Positions 56,703 through 64,000 of a DNA stretch of 64,000 nucleotides are shown one piece after another (the stretch's first letter is position 1; each line of letters begins with the position of its first letter). The notes below the pieces were generated by a model. It had not been told where the DNA came from. It ran no database searches and was given only the letters and a program-made list of their open reading frames with translations. The position numbers and the translations under genes were made by a program. The stretch is from Candidatus Aminicenantes bacterium (GTDB taxonomy: Bacteria; Acidobacteriota; Aminicenantia; Aminicenantales; UBA4085), in contig JAPKZJ010000061.1 in assembly GCA_026393855.1 (NCBI GenBank), positions 37,306 through 101,305 of the forward strand, read 5' to 3'.

Positions 56703-57727
56703 CTCCGGATCCGCCCAGACGCGTCGCCCGCAACGAGATCGAGGACCTCCCGCTCCGAAACCAGGTTGAAATCGCCCGCCACCGTGTGCTTGAGGCAGGA
56801 CGCGGCAACGGCGAAGGTCAGGGCCCGGGCGTCGTCCTCGAAGGCCAGGAGTCCGTGGATGAGACCGGCGGCAAAGGCATCTCCGGCGCCGACCCGATCC
56901 ACGATATTCTCGATCTCGTGGGACGGGCCGGCCAGGAATCCGGCGCGGCTTCGCAGGACCGCGGACCAGCCGTTGCGATCGGCGCTGCGGCTCGTCCGCA
57001 GCGTCACCGCCGCCCGGGCCAGGTTCGGGTAGGCCGCCAGGACGTCCGCCGTCAGCTTTTCATAGGCCTTGAGGTCGAACGCCCCGTCACCGCCGGGCGA
57101 GCACTTCAGGCCCAGCGCCTTCTGGCAATCCTCCTCGTTCGCCAGGAGAAGATCCGCCCGAGCCGCGAGCGTCGGCATGACCTCCGCAGCCGGAACCCCG
57201 TAGCGCCACAGCTTGGCCCGGTAGTTCAAGTCGAGCGAGACCGTGAGCCCCGCCGCCTTGGCCGCGATCATCCCCTCCTGGGTCAGGTCGGCGGCGCTTC
57301 GGCTGAGGGCGGGCGTGATCCCGGTGACATGGAACCAGGATGCGCCCGCGAAGGCCCTAGCCCAATCGATGTCCCCCGGCCCGGCTTCGGATATGGCCGA
57401 GCCGTCGCGATCGTAGAGAACGGTCGACGGCCGCGGCCCGGACCCCGTTTCCGCAAAATAGATTCCCATCCGCCGACCGCGCCGGATGATGCCGCCCGTA
57501 TCGATGCCATGCCGACGGAGCTCCGCAATCCCGGCCTCGGCGACGGGGTTGTCCGGCAGGACGGTGAGGAAGCTCGTTTCCCGGCCGAAGCGGGCCAGGG
57601 AGACGGCCACGTTGGCCTCCCCGCCCCCGAACCGCGCCTGCAATCGGTCGGATTGGAAAAACCGCTCCCGCCCGGGCGGCGACAGCCGGAGCAGGAGCTC
57701 GCCGAAAGTGACGATGCGATGGGCCAT
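56699..57727 (-). CDS. kdgK: 2-dehydro-3-deoxygluconokinase (PfkB family)
   Basis: Start ATG 57727 with GGAG upstream. MAHRIVTFGELLLRLSPPG...FGGGEANVAVSLARFG and C-terminal VDRVGAGDAF. Overlaps the eda start by 4 nt. Confidence 0.85.
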   Translation of the reverse strand: MAHRIVTFGELLLRLSPPGRERFFQSDRLQARFGGGEANVAVSLARFGRETSFLTVLPDNPVAEAGIAELRRHGIDTGGIIRRGRRMGIYFAETGSGPRPSTVLYDRDGSAISEAGPGDIDWARAFAGASWFHVTGITPALSRSAADLTQEGMIAAKAAGLTVSLDLNYRAKLWRYGVPAAEVMPTLAARADLLLANEEDCQKALGLKCSPGGDGAFDLKAYEKLTADVLAAYPNLARAAVTLRTSRSADRNGWSAVLRSRAGFLAGPSHEIENIVDRVGAGDAFAAGLIHGLLAFEDDARALTFAVAASCLKHTVAGDFNLVSEREVLDLVAGDASGRIRR

Positions 57728-57738
57728 GGGTGACTCCG

Positions 57739-59520
57739 TTATTCGCCGATCATCTTCCAGCCGCGCCGGCGCAAGTCGAAGTAGATGACCGCCCCGAAGA
57801 GAGCGCCGGAGGCAAGGAAGACGAGGCCGATCGGCCAGGCGCCGAAGAGGATCTTGCCCGTGCCGAAGAGGAAGGCATAGATCATCGCGACGCCGCTCAG
57901 CCAATCCTTAAGGTTGAAGATTCCGTCCCGGCTCGGCGGGACATCGACAGCTTCCCGAGCCACGGGTCCCCAGAGCGCCGCGCTGGGCCGGACGCGCCTA
58001 TAGAAAGCCAGTAGGACCTCGCGCGGTTCGGGTCCCGTCAGCAGGGTTACGGTCAACCAGACGACCGTCGTAACCGCCACGGTGATCAGGACGATCCAGG
58101 CAAACTGGAGCGGGTCGCTCTCCTTCCAGCCGAACCCGAGCCGGAGAGTGACCGAAGTGACCAAGGCGGCCAGCATGGCCGAAATTTCGCTCCAGGCATT
58201 GATCCGCCACCAGAACCAGCGCAGCAGGTAAACGAGTCCCGTTCCCGCCCCAATGGCGATCATGAACTTCCAGGCGTCCGCGATCGAATCCATGAAGAAG
58301 GTCACCATGGCCGAGAGAACCATCAAGAGCATGGTTACCGCCTGCGAGGCCCGGACATAATGCTTCTCGCCGCGGCCGCGGGCCATAAACCGCCGGTAGA
58401 GGTCGTTGATAAGGTAGCTGGCACCCCAGTTGAGCTCGGTTCCGATGGTCGACATATACGCGGCGGCGAAGGCGGCCAGCATCAGCCCCCGCAGGGAGGC
58501 CGGAAGGTCGGCCATCAGGATCCGGATATAGCCGGATTCGGGGTCCGCGGCGAACGCGGGGTCGCCGCTGAAGCGGACGACCGCGGCCAGAGCCACGATG
58601 ATCCAAGGCCAGGGCCGGAGGGCATAATGGGCCAGGTTGAACCAAAGAGTCGCCAGCAGGCCGTTCTTCTCGTCCTTGGCGCAGAGGATGCGCTGGGCGA
58701 TGAATCCCCCGCCGCCCGGCTCGGCTCCCGGGTACCAGGAGGCCCACCAATTGACGGCCACATAGACGAAGAAGGTCAAAAACGGCATCCAGGCCGAGTT
58801 CAGGTCCGGGACGAACGAGAGCAGCGATCCGTGCCCGGCCCGGGTCGCGTCGATGGCTTTGATTCCCGCCACCAGCCCGGACATGCCGCCCAGCGATTTG
58901 ACGGCGAAGATCGCCAAAAGGATGACCATGCCCATCTTGAGGACGAACTGGAAAAGATCGGTGACCAGCACACCCCACAACCCGGACAGGGTCGAGATCG
59001 AGGCGGTCAGGACCATGATCGCCACGGCGATCAGCAGGGCCTGGACCTTGGTGACACCTAGGACGAGCATCAGGATCTTGACCATGGCCAAGTTGACCCA
59101 GCCCATGATGATCAGGTTGATCGGCAGTCCAAGGTAGAAGGCCCGGAAGCCGCGCAGGAAGCGGGCCGGCCCGCCGCTGTAGCGGATCTCGGCGAACTCG
59201 ACGTCGGTCAGGACTCCGGCCCGCCGCCAAAGGCGGGCATAGAAGAAGACCGTCAGCATGCCGCTCGCGGCCATGCTCCACCAAATCCAGTTGCCGGCGA
59301 TGCCGTTGCGGGCGACCAATCCCGTCACGGCCAGGGGGGTGTCGGCGGCGAAGGTGGTGGCCACCATCGACGTCCCGGCCAGCCACCAGGACACGTTTCG
59401 GCCGGAGATGAAAAAGTCGTTGACGCTGCGAGTGGCCCGCTTGCGATAATAAAGGCCGACCGCCAGGTTGAAGGCGAAATACGCGGCGATGACCGCGATG
59501 TCGATGGTTGTCAGGCGCAT
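57739..59520 (-). CDS. Sodium:solute symporter family transporter
   Basis: 593 aa polytopic protein. The N-terminus ...NDFFISGRNVSWWLAGTSMVATTFAADTPL is typical of SSS. It is the first gene of the SSS-kdgK-eda operon. Confidence 0.85.
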   Translation of the reverse strand: MRLTTIDIAVIAAYFAFNLAVGLYYRKRATRSVNDFFISGRNVSWWLAGTSMVATTFAADTPLAVTGLVARNGIAGNWIWWSMAASGMLTVFFYARLWRRAGVLTDVEFAEIRYSGGPARFLRGFRAFYLGLPINLIIMGWVNLAMVKILMLVLGVTKVQALLIAVAIMVLTASISTLSGLWGVLVTDLFQFVLKMGMVILLAIFAVKSLGGMSGLVAGIKAIDATRAGHGSLLSFVPDLNSAWMPFLTFFVYVAVNWWASWYPGAEPGGGGFIAQRILCAKDEKNGLLATLWFNLAHYALRPWPWIIVALAAVVRFSGDPAFAADPESGYIRILMADLPASLRGLMLAAFAAAYMSTIGTELNWGASYLINDLYRRFMARGRGEKHYVRASQAVTMLLMVLSAMVTFFMDSIADAWKFMIAIGAGTGLVYLLRWFWWRINAWSEISAMLAALVTSVTLRLGFGWKESDPLQFAWIVLITVAVTTVVWLTVTLLTGPEPREVLLAFYRRVRPSAALWGPVAREAVDVPPSRDGIFNLKDWLSGVAMIYAFLFGTGKILFGAWPIGLVFLASGALFGAVIYFDLRRRGWKMIGE

Positions 59521-59537
59521 CGGACCCGTTCCTCGCC

Positions 59538-59566
59538 TTGCTTTTTACTACACATTGTCATAAATA
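59538..59566 (+). promoter_or_regulatory. Putative sigma70-type promoter for the secreted-protein/M24-like operon
   Basis: TTGCTT, 17 nt, TAAATA, about 35 nt upstream of ATG 59601. It has the same -35 hexamer as the putative mdh promoter. Confidence 0.35.
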
Positions 59567-59600
59567 TGAAGCGATTTCGTCCCGCTCCCTAGGAGGGTCC

Positions 59601-61340
59601 ATGCGCAAGCTTTTCCCCGCGATCGCTTTGTTCGCCCTGATCGCCGGCTTGGCCTCGGCGGCCGATTTCGGCTACCCGACGGCCGGCGAACCCTGGTACT
59701 CGATCAAGCTCGGCTTCCAAGCCGCTCCCGCCGCCCTCGGCGCGGGAAACTGGACGCTCATCCGGATCACCGTCAACGGCCAAAGGGCGCGCAACTTCGC
59801 CCTCCTGCAGGGCGGCCGGGAGACGACCGCACCCGAAATCGACGCCGCCAAGCCGTTCGAGCTGAAGGTGCGCTGGAGCTGGGAGGCGCGGCAAGCCTAC
59901 GAGATCAAGGCCGATTTCGAGGGCGGCGCCGGCAAGACCGTGAAAACCCTGACGGCCAAAGAAAAGGCGCCCTCCGGCAAAGGATACTGGAACTCGGCTT
60001 GGAAGAACTACCTTTCGCTTCTCGTCTCGGAGGACGACGGCTTGGAGCGGACCCGGATGCCGGTCCATGCCACCTTCGGGGTCCTGTCGTCCTATCTCAA
60101 GTCGGCCGACGAGATCCGTGTCGTCCGGGCCGAGCGCAAGGGCGACGACGTCGTCTACGAGGAAGTCCCCTTCCAGGTCTACGACGTCCGAACCTGGAAC
60201 GATCCCAAGATCACAGCCCAGGTCGACAAGGACGAGAAAACCGGGAAGACGACCGTCCGCTATCACCCCACGACGTCCTTCAGCCTGGCCTTCCTGACCG
60301 ACCTCAAGCCGCGCCAGAAAGCCACTTATCTAGTGTTCTACAACAACCCCGGCGCCCGGCGCCCAGCGTTCAAATCCGACTTGAAAGTGTCCGGCCAAGG
60401 CCTGGGCAAGACGATCGAGAACGCCTTCTACAAGGTCGTCCTGCACCCCAAGAGCGGGACGATCTACGAGGTCGTCGAGAAGTCCTCGGCCGTCAAGCTC
60501 GAACACAAGCTCGAGACCAACGGATCGGTGCACTGGAACCCTGACGTGTACGCGCCGCCGCACGCCTGGTACCACGTCTCGGATTGGGACAAACCGGCCT
60601 ACAGCGAGGACTCCGGGCCGGTTTTCTACTCGCTCCGGCGCGAGGCGCCCCTGCCCATGCCCAAGGGCATCAAGGTGGCCGTCACCTACTACTTCTACGC
60701 CGGCGCGCCCTTCATCCTGGCCGAGTCGGCCATGACCATCGAGAACGACATCTTCGTCGAATCCCTGCGCAACGCCGAGATCGTCTTCAACAAGGCGGTC
60801 TTCAACAAGGCCGCCTGGCGGGGAGTCGACGGCAAGCTCACAACCCTGGACTTCGCCTCCTCCCGCATGCATCCCAAACACGCCGCCCGCATCCGGACCG
60901 ATGTGCCCTGGATCGCCTTCTACAGCGACTCCCGAGGCCTCGGCTTTGCCAGCCTGTTCCTCGACCAGGCCTTGCCCAACCTGCACGGCGGCTCGGCTTC
61001 CCAGGAGCAACCGCACATTTACATCGAGCACGGGCCGTGGTACTACATGTCGCGCGGAATCGTCGACTCCTTCGGCTCCAACAATCAAACTCGGCTGCTC
61101 GCGGTCAAGGCCGGGAGCCTCTACTATGAACGCAACGCCTGGCTGCCCTTCGCTTTCGCCAAGGAGCAGGGCTTCGCCGGCCGGCTGGATGCTCTCTACG
61201 GCATGCTCAAGCATCCCGTCGGTCTGGCCGAGGACATCGAGACCTATCTCGAGAGCCCCGAGGGCTGGATCGTCCCCATCCTGACCGAGCCGTTCGAGGA
61301 AGGCGTCAAGGGCGCGATCGGGGCGCCAAAAAAGAAATGA
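59601..61340 (+). CDS. Secreted protein of unknown function (paralog A of 62919..>64000)
   Basis: Start ATG 59601 with AGGAGG upstream. Signal peptide MRKLFPAIALFALIAGLASAA. 579 aa. Shares colinear blocks with the gene at 62919, for example GLGKT..., HWNPDVYAPPHAWYHVSDWDKP and AGAPFILAE. Confidence 0.75.
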   Translation: MRKLFPAIALFALIAGLASAADFGYPTAGEPWYSIKLGFQAAPAALGAGNWTLIRITVNGQRARNFALLQGGRETTAPEIDAAKPFELKVRWSWEARQAYEIKADFEGGAGKTVKTLTAKEKAPSGKGYWNSAWKNYLSLLVSEDDGLERTRMPVHATFGVLSSYLKSADEIRVVRAERKGDDVVYEEVPFQVYDVRTWNDPKITAQVDKDEKTGKTTVRYHPTTSFSLAFLTDLKPRQKATYLVFYNNPGARRPAFKSDLKVSGQGLGKTIENAFYKVVLHPKSGTIYEVVEKSSAVKLEHKLETNGSVHWNPDVYAPPHAWYHVSDWDKPAYSEDSGPVFYSLRREAPLPMPKGIKVAVTYYFYAGAPFILAESAMTIENDIFVESLRNAEIVFNKAVFNKAAWRGVDGKLTTLDFASSRMHPKHAARIRTDVPWIAFYSDSRGLGFASLFLDQALPNLHGGSASQEQPHIYIEHGPWYYMSRGIVDSFGSNNQTRLLAVKAGSLYYERNAWLPFAFAKEQGFAGRLDALYGMLKHPVGLAEDIETYLESPEGWIVPILTEPFEEGVKGAIGAPKKK

Positions 61341-62728
61341 ACGCCCTCCTCGCCGATGCCATCGTCGAGCGGCAGGCGCCGCTTGTGGACCGCGGCAAGT
61401 CCGTCACGGCGGCCGAATACCGCCGCCGCTGGGCCGCCGTCCGCAAGGCCATGGCGGATCGCGGGTACGACCTGCTCTACGTTTGCGGGTCCGAGCTCGA
61501 CCGCTCGGACGCGGCTTGGCTGGCCGGCATCAACGACCCGATCATCGAACGGTACGGAGTGATCGTACCGCGGACGGGTCCACCGGTAGCCTTGGCCGGC
61601 TCCGAGGGCGGCCATGTCATCGAGGACTGCACCCGGGCTTCTGGCGTTCGGGTGGCTTTGCTCCGCGAATTCCAGATCTCGGACGAGGACTATCGCTTCG
61701 CCCGCTTCGGGACGATCGAGGACCTCGTCGCGTCTCTCGTCCCGGCCAAGCCCGGCCGGCCGATCCGCTTGGCCGTCGCCTCGAGCGGGCAGTTCGTCCC
61801 GCACGACCATATCCTGATGCTCCAGGGCCGTTTCGGCTCGGACAACGTGATCTTCGATACCGACCTGCTGCGGCGGATCAAATACGAGAAATCGCCGCTC
61901 GAGCTGACTTTGATCGGCACCGCCGCCTCAATCGCCGACGCCGCTTTTCTGGGCATGTTGGCGGCGATCCGCCCGGGAATCGCCGAGCTCGATGTGGCCG
62001 CCGTCGGCGATTACATCATGAAACGGCTGGGCGCGGGGCGGACGGGCTTCCCGACCATCGTCTCTTCCGGCCCGCGCGGCCGGAGCGTCATCGGGCCGGC
62101 CACAAATCGGACGATCCGCGACGGCGAATTCGTCTCGCTCGGCCTCAGCCCGACCTTCCAGGGCTACCATGGCGTCATGCGCCGGACGGTCAAGGCCGGC
62201 GGCGAACGGACCTTCGCCGAGGATCAGTTTCTGGCCGCCCTGCGCGGCCTCTATCACGCCGTGATGAAGGCCACCATCCAGGCAGCCTGGAAGGGCCTTC
62301 CCTCCCGCTCCATCGACGCCGCCGGCAAGGCTTATCTGGAGAATACCCGGCTCAAGGACGTTCGGGGGCGATTCCGGACGCCCCGCGAACCTTACACCTT
62401 CATTCACAACACCGGCTGTTCGGAATGCCAGGAGGGCTTCGGGGCCGTGACCCCTTATACCCGGGAGCCTTTGGGGGACGCGGTCGCCCTGATGATCGAC
62501 GTCGCCTTCATGGGCTTCGACGAAAAGAAACGGCTCGTTTTCCCGATCGAGTACGCAGTCATCGAGGACGGGTTCTGGAGGGCGGGCCGCGAGGTCGGCG
62601 TCTACAACAGGATGCCTCTTGACGTGCAATCTCTTGTCGGCGGGGACGCCGTTGAGATCCCGGCCGCGGCCGTCAATCCCTATCACCGGCCTTGGGCGCG
62701 ATCAGAAGGATGCCCTATCCGAAGCTAA
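61337..62728 (+). CDS. M24 (pita-bread fold) aminopeptidase/creatinase-like protein with non-canonical active-site residues
   Basis: 463 aa, overlapping the upstream stop by 4 nt. Creatinase/prolidase-like N-domain, and a C-domain alignable by eye to M24B (…GEFVSLGLSPTFQGYHGVMRRT…FIHNTGCSECQEG…MIDVAF…IEDG). Confidence 0.7.
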   Translation: MNALLADAIVERQAPLVDRGKSVTAAEYRRRWAAVRKAMADRGYDLLYVCGSELDRSDAAWLAGINDPIIERYGVIVPRTGPPVALAGSEGGHVIEDCTRASGVRVALLREFQISDEDYRFARFGTIEDLVASLVPAKPGRPIRLAVASSGQFVPHDHILMLQGRFGSDNVIFDTDLLRRIKYEKSPLELTLIGTAASIADAAFLGMLAAIRPGIAELDVAAVGDYIMKRLGAGRTGFPTIVSSGPRGRSVIGPATNRTIRDGEFVSLGLSPTFQGYHGVMRRTVKAGGERTFAEDQFLAALRGLYHAVMKATIQAAWKGLPSRSIDAAGKAYLENTRLKDVRGRFRTPREPYTFIHNTGCSECQEGFGAVTPYTREPLGDAVALMIDVAFMGFDEKKRLVFPIEYAVIEDGFWRAGREVGVYNRMPLDVQSLVGGDAVEIPAAAVNPYHRPWARSEGCPIRS

Positions 62729-62918
62729 CGCTGAACCGATGAAAGCGAATATGAATTGTCGTCCCGAGCACCGCCAAAGGCGGTGCGTGGGGACCTCGAT
62801 GGAGTTATTTTTTGAGGAAGGAAAATGATAAAAGGTTGCCACGCTTCGCTCGCAACGACAAAAAACCAAGTTATTCCCAATGATTCGGCCAATGAATTCG
62901 TTGCTAAGAGCAACTGAT

Positions 62919-64000
62919 ATGAAGAATCGATTGACTAACCTGATCGTGCTGTTCTTTATAGGATTGGCCGCGGCGCGTCCGTGTTCGGCCGCCGTCCTCA
63001 AGCTCGAATTCCAGGCCCCGACAGTCGCGGGGCCCATCTACCTGATCAAAGCGGGATTCGAGGTGAAGGGTAAGATTTTTCGTTTCATCGACGTCGATCT
63101 GCCGTATGGCCGACCCTGGCCGGACGTTCAAATATTAAAGAACGGACGGCCCGTCGATACCACCAAGAATCTCGAGCCGGGCCTCTATGAAGCCCGTCTT
63201 CGCTACGCCTGGCAGCCCAACACATCCTATAAAGCCTTCCTCCACTGCATCGAGGACGAGACCGAAGGCCCGAAGGTTTTGGAAATGGCCGGCATTTCCC
63301 CCGCGGCCGGCGGCGTTCCGGCTACGGCGCAAGAGGGATTCTCCCAATCTTTTTTGATCGAGGAGACGGCCGGGATCGTCCGCCGCGGCGAGATCGTCTA
63401 TTTGACGGTCACAGCACCCAAGGCCAGCCTCGAAGGGGCGGGGCTCGCCGTCTATGACGGCGAGCGGCTCCTCCCCTGCCAGATCATCGAGAGCAAGGAT
63501 TCCATCCCTCCCGAATCCCAGGCCAAGACCCATCCCCTGACCCGGACCGTCAAGATCGCGGTCGCGATCGACGCCTCCGCTCGCGGAACGAAACTTCTCC
63601 GTGTCTTCTTGTCCGATCCCCCCCCCGCTTACCCGCCGGCTTTCGCGCTGACGGGCGAGGGACTCGGCAAGACCGCGCGCGGCGAAAGGCTGATTCTGGC
63701 GTTCAGCCCCCAGAGCGGACAGATCCTGACTATCGAAGACCCGATGGCAGGCGTCAAGCTCTATAACAAGGCCGGCGTCATCCACTGGAACCCCGATGTC
63801 TTCACCCCGGGGATCGCCTGGGATCATTCCTTCGACTGGAACCCGCCCCAATCCTTCGCCGAAAAGAACGGCCCCCTGGTCTACCTCAACGCCCGCAAGG
63901 GACCCATGCCGCATATCAAAGACGTCTTCCTCGAGGTCAAGTACACCCTGGCCCAGGGCGCGCCCTACTTCATCGCCGAAACCCGGACCCGGGTCGACAA
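62919..64000 (+). CDS. Secreted protein of unknown function (paralog B of 59601..61340), 3'-truncated by the window end
   Basis: This ORF is not in the supplied track because it has no stop in the window; I translated it by hand from ATG 62919. MKNRLTNLIVLFFIGLAAARPCSAA signal peptide; ...GLGKTARGERLILAFSPQSGQILTIE...VIHWNPDVFTPGIAWDHSFDWNPP...QGAPYFIAETRTRVD is colinear with paralog A. Confidence 0.7.
   Translation, partial: MKNRLTNLIVLFFIGLAAARPCSAAVLKLEFQAPTVAGPIYLIKAGFEVKGKIFRFIDVDLPYGRPWPDVQILKNGRPVDTTKNLEPGLYEARLRYAWQPNTSYKAFLHCIEDETEGPKVLEMAGISPAAGGVPATAQEGFSQSFLIEETAGIVRRGEIVYLTVTAPKASLEGAGLAVYDGERLLPCQIIESKDSIPPESQAKTHPLTRTVKIAVAIDASARGTKLLRVFLSDPPPAYPPAFALTGEGLGKTARGERLILAFSPQSGQILTIEDPMAGVKLYNKAGVIHWNPDVFTPGIAWDHSFDWNPPQSFAEKNGPLVYLNARKGPMPHIKDVFLEVKYTLAQGAPYFIAETRTRVD

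Noticed and set aside
57998-59386. 462-aa minus-strand ORF, same strand as the SSS symporter but in another frame
   Set aside because: The translation is an Arg/Pro/Gly-rich alternative-frame read. The overlapping frame encodes a full-length, motif-bearing symporter, and nothing suggests a genuine overlapping gene.
62729-62918. AT-richer spacer with hairpin GCACCGCC-AAA-GGCGGTGC, considered as a second foreign islet or a small gene
   Set aside because: It is short, and the only ORFs in it are spurious and below the size cut-off. The hairpin plus a distal T-run is adequately explained as a weak terminator or inter-cistronic spacer before paralog B.

Overview
This is a high-GC window (flanking lines I hand-counted are about 55-73% G+C), densely coding, from a diderm-type bacterium. 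Diderm markers are Lgt/LspA, ExbD and a BAM-type C-terminal beta-signal on two proteins. I would not name a taxon from sequence alone.

Most of the window is ordinary core genome in recognisable synteny blocks:
- a DUF507 pair and rfbD
- cstA
- mreB-mreC-mreD-mrdA-rodA followed by a fused radical-SAM gene
- an OPT transporter and def-fmt
- acnB divergent from mdh-sucC-sucD
- an EF-G2-type paralog
- ileS-lspA-lgt-rluD
- nadC-nadB
- a GH78 rhamnosidase
- tldD-pmbA
- two SSS symporters and kdgK-eda

I recognised no rRNA, tRNA, CRISPR array, IS element or known defence system by eye. tRNA and ncRNA detection without tools is weak.

Three regions stand out:
1. 1972-5526: a tandem pair of nearly identical genes. 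Each encodes a signal peptide, an unknown N-terminal domain, two Ig/PKD-like domains and a small C-terminal beta-barrel of about 140 aa. Identity between the copies is mosaic, with a nearly invariant centre.
2. 45.6-46.4 kb: a sharply AT-rich islet (about 28-30% G+C in lines I counted). It carries one small secreted protein and appears to clip the 3' end of the rhamnosidase gene.
3. 56.0-64.0 kb: a divergent locus. An SSS-kdgK-eda operon faces an operon of two paralogous secreted proteins of unknown function, and these bracket an M24 (pita-bread) homolog whose canonical metal ligands look replaced. I consider this the best candidate for an undescribed polysaccharide or uronate-processing module.

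Gene starts were refined by eye from Shine-Dalgarno context and are less certain than stops. The many long R/G/P/A-rich ORFs in the track are antisense or alternative-frame artefacts of high GC.
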